From the NCBI GenBank assembly GCA_963517315.1, contig CAUQEF010000008.1:11454-75453 (forward strand): a stretch of 64,000 nucleotides of DNA. Direction: 5' to 3'. The position numbers and the translations under genes are program-made. The stretch is from an uncultured Prevotellaceae bacterium (lineage in GTDB: Bacteria; Bacteroidota; Bacteroidia; Bacteroidales; Bacteroidaceae). This document shows positions 51,945 to 62,600 of the stretch, piece after piece; within the stretch, counting starts at the first letter, position 1, and each line of letters opens with the position of its first letter. The notes beneath the pieces are model-generated. The model had not been told where the DNA came from. It searched no databases and was given only the letters and a program-made list of their open reading frames with translations.

Positions 51945-52787
51945 TTAGTGGTTGAGGCCGCCGGTGAAGCCCATGTAGATCATGTTGAGGGCGACGGCGA
52001 GAATGGCGAAGAAGAAGATTTTGCGCAGCAGCGACACGTCCATGCGTTTGAGCAGCCGAGCGCCGGTGAGCGCGCCGAGGAGTACGCCGATCAGGATGGG
52101 AAAGGCGATGCCCGGCACGATGTTGCCGCGCTGAATGTAGACCACGGCCGAGGCGCAGGCGGTGACGCCGATCATGAAATTAGAGGTGGTGGTGCTCACT
52201 TTGAACGGCACTTTCATGCAGTTGTCCATGGCCAGTACCTTGAGCACCCCCGATCCGATGCCGAGGATGCCCGAAAGCAGGCCGGCCAAGAGCATCACGC
52301 CGAAACCGCCCGCCACGTTGGTGAGTCGGTAGGGCACGGGGTGTCCGTTTTTGTCGGGATAGGTGCCGTAGAGTTGGAGGCGTTCGGCCAAGGCGCTGCC
52401 CTCCACGCCTGCGTGATCCTCGTGTTTGCGACGCTGCGAGAGGGCGGTGAGGATGAGCACCGCGCCGAAGATGACGGCCAGCACGGAGTTGTTGAGATAG
52501 ATGGCCACGGCGGCGCCGGCCACCGCGCCGAGGGTGGTGGCGATCTCGAGGAGCATGCCCAAACGGATGTTGGTGATGCCCTCTTTGACGTAGGCGGCGC
52601 CCGAACCGCTGGAGGTGGCGATCGAGGCCACGAGGGCGGCGCCGACGGCATAGTGGAAGTCGACCCCGAAACAGAGGGTGAGCAGAGGGATGACGACCAC
52701 TCCACCGCCCAGGCCCGTGAGCGAGCCGAGCAGGCCGGCGGCGAAGGCGCCGACAAGGAGGATGAGGCTGAAGGTAAGTATGGTCAT
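51945..52787 (-). CDS. Sulfite exporter TauE/SafE family membrane protein
   Basis: GSLTGLGGGVVVIP, ATSSGS, SGILGIGSG, KVSTTTSNFMIGVTA. Confidence 0.9.
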   Translation of the reverse strand: MTILTFSLILLVGAFAAGLLGSLTGLGGGVVVIPLLTLCFGVDFHYAVGAALVASIATSSGSGAAYVKEGITNIRLGMLLEIATTLGAVAGAAVAIYLNNSVLAVIFGAVLILTALSQRRKHEDHAGVEGSALAERLQLYGTYPDKNGHPVPYRLTNVAGGFGVMLLAGLLSGILGIGSGVLKVLAMDNCMKVPFKVSTTTSNFMIGVTACASAVVYIQRGNIVPGIAFPILIGVLLGALTGARLLKRMDVSLLRKIFFFAILAVALNMIYMGFTGGLNH

Positions 52788-53260
52788 TGGAGAAAAATAG
52801 AAGAGGAGTGAAGGAGAAAACAGCGCGAAATTACGAAAAAGTGGACTGTTTTCCGCGGCTTGGGGTGGGCGATGCCGGCGAAATGCACAGGTCGGGGTGA
52901 ATTTAACGGACGCGCACGGTGCATTGTCGCTGAGTGTCACACCGAAGGGGTACTTTTGCCACATCAGTGACTCGTAGCAGTCGTCGTCCCTTAGCAGTGC
53001 GGTTTCCGGCCTCGGCCGATGAGCGGAGGATGCAGGCGGCGACGCCCTGTCCCCAACCGGTTATCCTTGACGATCTCATACTATGACACCCCGGTTCGTT
53101 TTGTTTTGTTCGCCTCCACCGCACGAGTCGGCACGCTGCCCGGCCGTCACGCCGCCCACAAGGAGGGTGAGCGTCGTAGCACAGCGTCTTTTTTTGTTGC
53201 CGCCGTCCGCCGGCTTGCCGGGAGAACCGGTCGTTCCGCGGCAGATTTGTTTTTTTACGA

Positions 53261-53302
53261 AAGAACTCGGTGATCGAAATCATTCGGTCACCGAGTCTTT
53301 TT
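53261..53302. terminator. Terminator hairpin downstream of S41 protease
   Basis: ACTCGGTGATCGAA / TTCGGTCACCGAGT stem with T-tract on + and AAAG on the left. Confidence 0.75.
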
Positions 53303-53328
53303 GTTTTATTGCGTGTGCTTCTCGCCGA

Positions 53329-54960
53329 TCAGCGCGAGCGTGTGCCGGCGGGGATGCTGCGATTCACCGAAAGTTGGCGGAGGGCTTCTTTCACCACATC
53401 GTTTTTGCGGTTGATGAGGGTGTAATACTCGTTGCGATCCCACACATCGTAGGCGATGAGGCACTTGAGCACGAATTTGAGGTCGTCCATCGTCGCTTGT
53501 CGTTCGGCTTCGTCCTTGGGCGTCACCTTTTTCTTGGCCGCTTCGTCCTCCACGCGGGCAATCAGTTCGGCGGGAACTTCAAACTGCTTTTCGAAATCGT
53601 CGAAACGCTTGTAGCGTTCCAAGAGCGTGGTGCGGTTTTGATCGACATAGCGCAGGGCGGCGTCGTTGAAGAGGTTGTGTCGACGCATGGCCATGTAGTA
53701 TTTGGTGTAGGCCGCCGTGTCGAGGGGCACAAAGACGTCGGGCATGATGCCGCCTCCGCCGTAGACCTTGCGGCCGTCGACCAAGGTTTTGAACACCTGC
53801 GTGGAATCGAGGTGAATGGAGTCGGCGTGGAGGAGTTCGCCGTGCTTGAATCGCTTTTCGAGGTCTTGCGAGTAGTCGTCCTTCTGGCCGGGGGTGTAGG
53901 GTTTCTGAATGCAGCGGCCGGAGGGGGTGAAATAGTGACTGGTGGTGAGGCGAATCATCGAGCCGTCGGGCAGATCGATGGGGCGCTGCACGAGTCCCTT
54001 GCCGAAGGTGCGGCGCCCCACGACCAAACCGCGGTCGTGGTCTTGCACCGCGCCGGTGACGATCTCGGCGGCCGAGGCGCTGAACTCATCGACGAGGACA
54101 ACCAAACGCCCCTTGCGGAAGAGTCCGCCGGGGAGGGCGTCGAACACCTGTTTCGGTGCGGCGCGGCCTTCGGTGTAGACCACCAGATCTTTGGGGTTGA
54201 GGAATTGGCTGGCCACTTCGACGGCCGCTCCGAGATAGCCGCCGCCGTTGCTCTCCAAGTCGAGAATGAGATCCTTCATGCCCTGCTTTTGGAGTTGGCG
54301 GATGGCCTCGCGCACCTCTTTGCCCGAAGTGGCGCCGAAGCGGTCGAGGCGGATGTAGCCGACGCCCGGCGCAATAATATAGGCGGCGTCGAGGGTGTTC
54401 ATCGGAATCTTGTCGCGGGTGACGACAAAGGTGAGGGTTTCGCCCACGGAAGGGCGGACGATGCCGAGGCGCACCTTCGTGCCTTTCGGGCCGCGGAGGA
54501 GTTTCATGATGCTGTCGCGCTCGAGTTTCACGCCGGCGATGGGGCGTCCGTCGACCGAGACGATGCGATCGCCGTTGACGATGCCGGCTTTTTGCGACGG
54601 CCCCTTGGCGATGGTCTGAATCACCACGAGGGTGTCTTCGAGCATGTTGAACTGCACGCCGATGCCTTCGAAGTTGCCTTCGAGAGGTTCGTTCATGCGG
54701 CGCGTTTCTTCGGGGTTGGAGTAGGCCGAGTGGGGATCTAACTTCGAAAGCATGCCGTTGATGGCATTTTCGACGAGCTTTTTCTGATCGACACTGTCGA
54801 CATAGAGTTGCGTGACGGCCAACTGCGCGATGGTCAATTTGCGCAATTGGTCAGGATCGGGCTGTTCGGGGAAGAGCTGCCGCTGGGCTGCGGCGGGAAG
54901 TAGGGTGAGCAGGGCAATGACGAGCGTCAGAAACCTTGCGGCGAAGGAGGAGAACTTCAT
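53329..54960 (-). CDS. S41 family C-terminal processing protease (PDZ)
   Basis: LDPHSAY, FEGIGVQF, LILDLESNGGGYL, SASAAEIVTGAVQD, GRRTFGKGLVQ. Confidence 0.93.
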   Translation of the reverse strand: MKFSSFAARFLTLVIALLTLLPAAAQRQLFPEQPDPDQLRKLTIAQLAVTQLYVDSVDQKKLVENAINGMLSKLDPHSAYSNPEETRRMNEPLEGNFEGIGVQFNMLEDTLVVIQTIAKGPSQKAGIVNGDRIVSVDGRPIAGVKLERDSIMKLLRGPKGTKVRLGIVRPSVGETLTFVVTRDKIPMNTLDAAYIIAPGVGYIRLDRFGATSGKEVREAIRQLQKQGMKDLILDLESNGGGYLGAAVEVASQFLNPKDLVVYTEGRAAPKQVFDALPGGLFRKGRLVVLVDEFSASAAEIVTGAVQDHDRGLVVGRRTFGKGLVQRPIDLPDGSMIRLTTSHYFTPSGRCIQKPYTPGQKDDYSQDLEKRFKHGELLHADSIHLDSTQVFKTLVDGRKVYGGGGIMPDVFVPLDTAAYTKYYMAMRRHNLFNDAALRYVDQNRTTLLERYKRFDDFEKQFEVPAELIARVEDEAAKKKVTPKDEAERQATMDDLKFVLKCLIAYDVWDRNEYYTLINRKNDVVKEALRQLSVNRSIPAGTRSR

Positions 54961-55481
54961 GTAAGGGGAGCGTTGTTGGGAGTTTCGGGGAGGAAGGCGC
55001 TGACATCTTTGCCGAAGGAGAGCAGTTCGCGCACCACGGTGGAGGAGATGTCGGCATATTGCGGTTCGGTGAAGAGGAGCACGGTCTCGACGTCGGAGAG
55101 TCGGTGGTTGATGCCGGCGAGGTCGCGCTCGTATTCGAAGTCTTTGACCGAACGGATGCCACGCAACACGAAGCGCGCGCCAACTCTGAGCGCGAGGTCG
55201 GCTGTGAGGTCGTCGTAGGCCTCGACCGCCACGCGCGGCTCGTCGGCATAGACGCGGCGGATGGCTTCGACGCGCTCGGCGGGGGTGAAAAACGAGCGTT
55301 TGTTGATGTTGTAGCCCACGCCCACCACGACGCGGTCGAAGAGCGCGAGGGCGCGGCGCACGATGCTGGCGTGTCCGATGGTGAAGGGGTCGAAGCTGCC
55401 GGGAAAAAGCGCTACTTTTTCGGTCGGACGGCCGACCTCGTTCAGAGGCTCGTGCGGAGCGTTGGTCGAAAGAGAGGACAT
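54957..55481 (-). CDS. coaD: Pantetheine-phosphate adenylyltransferase
   Basis: ALFPGSFDPFTIGH, LRGIR..DFEYE, ISSTVVREL; start approximate. Confidence 0.94.
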   Translation of the reverse strand: MSSLSTNAPHEPLNEVGRPTEKVALFPGSFDPFTIGHASIVRRALALFDRVVVGVGYNINKRSFFTPAERVEAIRRVYADEPRVAVEAYDDLTADLALRVGARFVLRGIRSVKDFEYERDLAGINHRLSDVETVLLFTEPQYADISSTVVRELLSFGKDVSAFLPETPNNAPLT

Positions 55482-55581
55482 GAGGGGGAAACGTGAGGAG
55501 GGGATTGCGCTTGCGGTCGAGCGGCGACTGCTTCCTGCCGCTGTTGGGCAAAAAGGGGTGCGCCGTGGTCGAAAGCGGGGA

Positions 55582-57651
55582 TTATTCTGCGGCGGCGTCG
55601 ACAATGTCTTCTTCGATGACGAGGTTGTCGATGATGAAGTTTTGGCGTTCCATGGTGTTCTTGCCCATATAGTAAGCCAAAAGTTCCTTTACCTTGTCGC
55701 TTTTGTGGAGCGTGACGGGTTCGAGTCGCATATCCGGGCCGATGAAGTTCTTAAACTCGTCGGCCGAGATCTCGCCGAGTCCCTTGAATCGGGTGATTTC
55801 GGGGTTGGGCGAGAGGCGTTGCACGGCGGCGACGCGCTCTTCTTCGTTGTAGCAGTAGACCGTTTCATATTCGGTGCGGGCACTGCCGCGCGCCTTCTTC
55901 GCGCCGGCGTTTTTGCCCGTCGCGTTTTTGCCGGCGGCGGTCTTCTTCTTGCCCTTGTCGTCGGCGTTGGTCTCGGCGGGTGCGGCCTTTTTCTTGTTGC
56001 GCACGCGGAAGAGCGGCGTTTGCAGGATGTAGACGTGGCCTTTCTTCACCAAATCGGGGAAGAACTGGAGGAAGAACGTCATCATGAGCAGGCGAATGTG
56101 CATACCGTCCACGTCGGCGTCGGTGGCGATGATGACTTTGTTGTAGCGCAAGCCGTCGAGCCCGTCTTCGATGTTGAGTGCCGCCTGCAAGAGGTTGAAT
56201 TCCTCGTTCTCGTAGACCACTTTTTTCGTCAGTCCGTAGGAGTTGAGGGGCTTTCCGCGGAGAGAGAACACGGCTTGCGTGTTGACATCGCGGCATTGCG
56301 TGATGCTTCCGGAGGCCGAGTTGCCCTCGGTGATGAAAATGCTCGAGTCGAAGCGCAGATCCACCGCTTCGTCCTGTCCGCGCTTGGGCTTGGGCGGCGC
56401 ATCGTTGAGGTGCACGTGGCAGTCGCGCAGCTTTTTGTTGTGGAGGTTGGCCTTTTTGGCGCGTTCGCGGGCGAGTTTCGTCACGCCGGCGATGGCTTTG
56501 CGCTCTTTCTCGCTCTCCTGAATCTTTTGTTGCATCACTTCCGCCACGTCGAGGTGCTTGTGGAGATAGTTGTCCACCTGTTCCTTGACGAAGTCGCCCA
56601 CAAACTTGTTGACGCTCACGCCGCTCAGGGCGAAGGGCTTGCCATTCTTATCCTTGTCGGGCGCCATGGTGAGCGAACCGAGTTTGATTTTCGTTTGCGA
56701 CTCGAACATCGGTTCGATGACCCGCACGGCGATGGCCGCCACCAGTCCGTTGCGCACGTCCTGCACGTCGTAGTTCTTGCCGAAATACTCCTTGATGGTG
56801 CGGGCGATGTGCTCTTTGAAGGCACTCTGGTGCGTTCCGCCCTGCGTGGTGTGCTGTCCGTTGACGAACGAGTAGTATTCCTCGCCATACTGCCCGGTGT
56901 GGGTGAAGGCGATGTCGATGTTTTCGCCTTTGAGGTGGACAATGGGGTAGAGCCCCTGCGAGGTCATGTTGTCGGTGAGGAGATCCTCCAGACCGTTGCG
57001 GGAAATGATGCGGCGGCCGTTGTAAAAAATGGCCAAACCGGTGTTGAGATACGTGTAGTTGCGGAGCATCGTTTCGACGAACTCCGCGTGGAATCGGTAG
57101 TTGAGGAAGAGGGCGGGATCGGGCTCGAAGAAGATGTACGTGCCGTTCTCTTCTTCCGTCTCGCCGGTGCGGTCGTCGACGAGTTTTCCGCCCTCGAAGG
57201 TGGCTTCTCTGAACTGTCCGTCGCGACAGGCGCGGGCCACAAAGCGGTGGGAGAGGGCATTGACGGCCTTCAAACCCACCCCGTTCAGCCCGACCGAGGC
57301 GGTGTACTGATCGTTGTCGTACTTACCGCCGGTGTTCAACTGCGAAACGGCGGGAATCAGGCTGCCGAGCGGGATGCCGCGGCCGTAGTCGCGGATGGAA
57401 GCCGTGCGATCGTCCGTGATTTCGACTTCGATTTTCTTACCGAAACCCTCGTTAAACTCGTCGATCGAGTTGTCGATGCTCTCTTTGAGCAGCACATAAA
57501 TACCGTCTTCGGCATGCGATCCGTCGCCGAGTCGGCCGATGTACATACCGGGGCGCATGCGAATGTGGGTCATGTCGTCGAGGTGGCGAATGGTGTCTTC
57601 GCTGTAGTCGGCGGCATTGCGGGAGTTGACGTCGAGAAGTTCGTCGGACAT
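55582..57651 (-). CDS. parE: DNA topoisomerase IV subunit B
   Basis: [58 protein letters not shown]; parE-coaD-S41 order. Confidence 0.93.
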   Translation of the reverse strand: MSDELLDVNSRNAADYSEDTIRHLDDMTHIRMRPGMYIGRLGDGSHAEDGIYVLLKESIDNSIDEFNEGFGKKIEVEITDDRTASIRDYGRGIPLGSLIPAVSQLNTGGKYDNDQYTASVGLNGVGLKAVNALSHRFVARACRDGQFREATFEGGKLVDDRTGETEEENGTYIFFEPDPALFLNYRFHAEFVETMLRNYTYLNTGLAIFYNGRRIISRNGLEDLLTDNMTSQGLYPIVHLKGENIDIAFTHTGQYGEEYYSFVNGQHTTQGGTHQSAFKEHIARTIKEYFGKNYDVQDVRNGLVAAIAVRVIEPMFESQTKIKLGSLTMAPDKDKNGKPFALSGVSVNKFVGDFVKEQVDNYLHKHLDVAEVMQQKIQESEKERKAIAGVTKLARERAKKANLHNKKLRDCHVHLNDAPPKPKRGQDEAVDLRFDSSIFITEGNSASGSITQCRDVNTQAVFSLRGKPLNSYGLTKKVVYENEEFNLLQAALNIEDGLDGLRYNKVIIATDADVDGMHIRLLMMTFFLQFFPDLVKKGHVYILQTPLFRVRNKKKAAPAETNADDKGKKKTAAGKNATGKNAGAKKARGSARTEYETVYCYNEEERVAAVQRLSPNPEITRFKGLGEISADEFKNFIGPDMRLEPVTLHKSDKVKELLAYYMGKNTMERQNFIIDNLVIEEDIVDAAAE

Positions 57652-57776
57652 GGGGAGGAGTTGTGGGGTGAAAGAAAAGGGAAAGAGGAGGAAAACGAAA
57701 AGCGGGGGCGGGAGCGTGCAGGGCGGCGCAGCGCAGGGTCAGCGTAGAGGCATGGCCGTGCGTCGTCGCCCTCGTC

Positions 57777-58928
57777 TCACGCCTCGATGGGCTTCTCGTA
57801 GCAGCGGCGGCGCTTGTGCACCACATGGTCGAGGTGCTTCCACTGGTCTTGGCTCTTGTTGTTGGTTTCGAGCTGCGGATGACTTTCCGCCCACTTGAAG
57901 CCCATCTTCTTGGCGATGGGGATAATGTCGGCAAAGAGCATGGCGTTCACCCCCTTGCTCTGATATTCGGGCAGCACGGCCACGAGCAGGAGGTCGATGA
58001 TCTTGGAGCGCTTCAGGTAAATGGCCTTCAACAAGTGCCACCATCCGAAGGGGAAGAGTTTGCCCTTGGCTTTTTGCAGCGCATGGGCGAGCGATCCCAT
58101 GCCCACACCCATGGCCACCGGTTCGCCCTCGGCCGTTTCGACCACGGTGAGCAGGCGAAGGTCGAGGAACTGCAGGTATTGGTCGGCATACTTGTCGACC
58201 TGTGCGCGGTTGATCTCACTGAAACCGAAGAGGGGGGCATAGGCCTTGTTCACCACGTCGAAGATGCGGTAGAGGTAGCCCCCTTCGCGAATTTCCTTCA
58301 CACTCTTGAACTTGCGCACACGGAGGTTGAGACGCTGACGCACGATCTCCGCCACGCGGAAATACTTCGCCTGGTCGGCTTCGTGTCCGTCTTCGGGCAC
58401 AAAAATTTTGCGTTCCACCCAGTCGATCTCGTGGGTGTAGCCGTAGTGCTCGAGGTGCTGCGGATAGTAGGGAAAATTGTAGATCGTCGACATGGTCGAG
58501 AGCTGATCGAAGCCGTCGATGAGCATGCCCTCCGCGTCGAGGTCGGTGAAACCGAGGGGACCCACGAGTTTGGTGCAGTGATGTTTGCGCGCCCAGTCTT
58601 CGGCTTGACGCAGCAAGGCGCCGCTCACTTCCAAATCGTCGATGAAATCGATCCATCCGAAGCGTGCCGTCTGTTCGTTCCACGTGCGGTTGGCCTTGTG
58701 GTTGATGATGCACGCCACGCGCCCCACGATTTTCCCGTCGCGTCGGGCCAAGTAGAAATCGGCTTCGCAAAATTCAAACGCCGGGTTCTTTTTCGGGTCG
58801 TACGTGTCGAGCATATCCTCGAGCAGATCGGGCACGGCGTAAGCGTTGTCCTTATAGAGTTCGTAGTTGAAGCGGATGAACTGTTTGAGCTCCGCACGGT
58901 TTTGCACTTTGGTGATTTCTACCGACAT
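57777..58928 (-). CDS. GNAT-fold N-acetyltransferase (Bacteroidetes YghO-like)
   Basis: IVGRVACIINHKAN, RFGWIDFIDD, GPLGFTDLD.EGML, YNFPYY, VAVLPEYQSKG; -7 element at 59016-59023. Confidence 0.85.
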   Translation of the reverse strand: MSVEITKVQNRAELKQFIRFNYELYKDNAYAVPDLLEDMLDTYDPKKNPAFEFCEADFYLARRDGKIVGRVACIINHKANRTWNEQTARFGWIDFIDDLEVSGALLRQAEDWARKHHCTKLVGPLGFTDLDAEGMLIDGFDQLSTMSTIYNFPYYPQHLEHYGYTHEIDWVERKIFVPEDGHEADQAKYFRVAEIVRQRLNLRVRKFKSVKEIREGGYLYRIFDVVNKAYAPLFGFSEINRAQVDKYADQYLQFLDLRLLTVVETAEGEPVAMGVGMGSLAHALQKAKGKLFPFGWWHLLKAIYLKRSKIIDLLLVAVLPEYQSKGVNAMLFADIIPIAKKMGFKWAESHPQLETNNKSQDQWKHLDHVVHKRRRCYEKPIEA

Positions 58929-59439
58929 GAGGTATCGCAGGTTAGGGTGGAGAGCTGCACACGCCGCGCCGAGGTCGCGAAGTGCTTTTCTGCGGGTGTG
59001 CATGCGGTTAGCTTGCAAATTTACGTTTTTCTCGCCAAACGCCTTGCGTTTCGCTCGTTTTTTTCTGTGTCCGGCAGCGGCATGCCCACGATTTTTCCCT
59101 CTCCCCTCCGCTTTGCGCCCCTCCCCTCCGCGAGAGCGTGCGCCTGCGTTGTCGGCTTTGCCGCACAACGCCCACGACCGTGTTGAAAACCGGTCGTTTT
59201 TTGTTTTTTTGTTTTCGTTTTTTTTTATCCCTCTCGCTCCCCCAAGGGGGGAGGGTTCTTTTTTGAGGGGTTGAACAACAGCTTCAGTATCACTTCTTCT
59301 TTATTCTATTATTATATGGAGTCGGTCGTACACACCCCGTGTACATTTGTCCATGCCGGGGTGTGGCTTTTGGTGCACACTTGCCAAAGGGCGAAAAACG
59401 CATCGCGCCACCGCCTTTTTCCTCGGCAAGTGCTTTCTC

Positions 59440-59522
59440 GCAGTTCCCTCATTTGCCGCGAAAGTCGCCCACTTTTCTGAAAAAACAGCGGACTTTTTTC
59501 CAAAACGTCCCCACCGTTTTCC
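59440..59522. repeat. 21-bp-period degenerate palindromic array
   Basis: Half-sites at 59450, 59471, 59492, 59513. Confidence 0.75.
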
Positions 59523-59678
59523 TCCTCGCACGGTGGGGGAGGAGCATCACCACAAAATGTGTCGCTCGGAAGGCAAAAGCGTTATTTTCGTAGACTTGTG
59601 TGTGAAAAATGCTCGCGTGTCGAAAAAAAAAACTACTTTTGCCGTAGAACTATCATTAAACCTCTTGTCAACCCCACC

Positions 59679-62600
59679 ATGCAAAAAAGACTACTTCTTT
59701 TCTTCATGGCGCTGTTCACCTCGGTGGCGGCGCTCACGGCGGCGGGGCTTCCGAAACTCAGTAGCGGGAGCGACGTCACGTGGTATTTCATCAAATTCGC
59801 CAACAGCGGCAACGTGATCGAAGCGCGTGCCGATGCGCAGAATGTGAAGCAAGCCGGCATGACCGGTCGCGGCGCACAGCTCTGGAAGTTTGAGGGCAAC
59901 CTATCCACCGGCTGCACCATCACCAACAAGCTCGGCCAAAAGCTCTACGTCACTTCGCAGGCGCAGCGCGGCATGGTGATCGCTTCGCAAAAAGCCAAGA
60001 GCAACACCTCGTTTGTGGTGGCCGTGTCGAAGAAAGACAGCCGCCATTTCGAAATCCACCCCGCCGGCCACAACGACATCTCGTTCAACCAATGGGGCGG
60101 CCCCGGTGTGGGACAGGAAGTGGGCCTCTGGGTGGCCGACAACGATGTGAACAACGTCCTCTCCTTTGAAGGCGAGAGCGCGTTCGACAGCTATCGCAAA
60201 CTCCCCGCCCTCATCCCCTATCCGCAGGACCTCAAACTCAAAGAGGGCACGACGCTCAACGCCAAAACGCTCAACGCCGTGACCTTCCCGGCCGACAGCC
60301 TCAAGGAACTGGCCGCCGACTTCGCCACCCGCTTGGGCAAGGCCACCGGCACCGCCGTGACGACGAAAGCCTCGGGCGCGACGGCCGAAGCCGGTGCGGT
60401 GAGTCTGCTCACCGACCGCACGCTGGCCGCAGAAGCCTACCAACTCACCGTCACTGCCCAGGGCGTTGAAATCCGCGCTTCCGGCCACGCCGGTTTCTTC
60501 TACGGCCTGCAAACGCTCAGCCAGTTGCTCCCCCCGGCCTTCTTCGCCGGCACCCCCGCCCCCGCGGCCGATTGGACAGTGCCCGGGCTTGCCATCAACG
60601 ACAAGCCCCTCTTGCGCCACCGCGGCTACATGCTCGACATCGCGCGCCACTTCTTCGACAAGACCGAGGTGAAGCGCATCATCGACATGCTCGCCCTCTA
60701 CAAGATGAACCGCCTGCACTGGCACTTGACCGACGACCAAGGCTGGCGCATCGAGATTCCCGAATATCCCAAGCTCACCTCCGTGGGCAGTCGCCGCGCC
60801 GGTTCGTTTGTGAACGACGGCATCAACCCTTGGTTCTTTGACGACACGGAATACGGTCGCGGCATGTACTACACGCTCGATGATCTGCGCGAGATTGTGG
60901 CCTACGCCGCCGCGCGCAACATCGAGATCATGCCCGAGATCGACATGCCCGGTCACATGGTAGCCGCCTTGGCCGCCTATCCCGAACTCTCGTGCCTGCC
61001 CAAACAACAGTACAAGGTGCGCATCACCCCCGGCATCTCGCACGACGTGCTCAACGTGGGCGACGACAAAGTCATCGACTTCCTCAAGACCGTGTTCGGC
61101 CACGTGGCCGAAGTCTTCCCCGGCAAGTACATCCACCTCGGCGGCGACGAATGCCCCACCGACCGTTGGAAGAACAACGCCCTCTGCCGTCAGCGCATCA
61201 AGAACGAAAAGCTCTCGGGCGTGGAGGAACTCCAACCTTGGTTGGTAGAGCATCTCGCCGAGTTCTTGGAAAAGAAATACAACAAGCAAATTGTGGTGTG
61301 GGACGAACTGATCGCCAAGGACAAGACGAAGTTCTGGAAGAAGCCCACCACGAAAGTGAAGCCCCTCATCATGGCGTGGAACTTGCCCGACGGCAAGCGT
61401 TGGGACAAGCCCACCGAACAAGTGGCCGCCGACTACGGTTTCCAAAGCGTCATGTGCCCCTACAACCGCCTCTACCTCGACTGGATGCAAGTGAGTGCGG
61501 GCGAGGCCGACGTGAACGAAGTGTATCGCGGCGGTTGGGGCGATGGTTCGGTGAACAGCGTGGCCACGGTCTACAACTACGATCCGCTCGCCAACCTCGG
61601 CAATCGCTCGCAACTGGCTCTCGGTGTGCAGGGCAACATGTGGACCGAAACCACCAACAACAACGCCGAGCTCGAATACCAGCTCCTGCCCCGTCTACAA
61701 GCCCTCTCCGAAATCGCTTGGCTGCCCGCCAAACAAAAGGATTGGACCTCGTTCTTGCTCCGTCTGCAAAGCCATTCGTCCATCTTCGAGGCGATGAACT
61801 TCACCTACGCCAAGCACTACTTCTTCCCCCCCGAAGCCAACGAGTTTGATCAAGTGGTGGCGCAGGCCGAAGGCTACTTGAAGGCCATCAAGCCCGGCAA
61901 GGTGGGTCACGTTTCGCAAGACACCTACGCGAAGTTTGTTAAAGCCCTGAACGCCGCCAAGACCGCCGGCGCCTCCGCTCCCGGTGCGGCGCAGAATGTG
62001 CGCAACGCCATCAACGCGCTCCGCGAAAGTCCCGTCGTGCAGCCCGAAGCCGGCAAGGCCTATCGCCTCGTTTCGGCCTCCACTTACTATAAGAAGAAGT
62101 ATGTGGGCTCTGTGCTCTACGAAACAGGCAGCGAACTGCGCGTGCACTACGCCAAACAAGACGCTGCGAACGAACTCTTCAGCTTCGAACCCTCGGGCGC
62201 CGGCTATGCTCTGCGCGCCGTGCGCAGCGGCAACTTCGCCCAGCTCCCCACCTACGACCAAGCGGCGACCATGAGCACCAAGCCCGGCACGCCCTTGCGC
62301 ATCGATGCTGCCAAGCACCGCAGCGGCAACTACGAGTATGTGCCCGGTGTGGTGGTGATCTCGGCAGTGGAAGGGTATCAATCCGCTGCGGGATCGAACA
62401 CCAAGCGCCTTTTCATCAAGAGCTTCGGCGGAAACGACAAGGCGAACGACATCCCCAACGTGAACCGCGTGGTGGCCTTCGACGATCCCTCCCTCTGCAA
62501 CCCCGGCACGTGGTATATCGAAGAAGCCGACTTCCGGGTCATGCTCAACGGACTGCTCACGCGCTGCAACAATACGCTGGCCGACGCACAACCCGACGTG

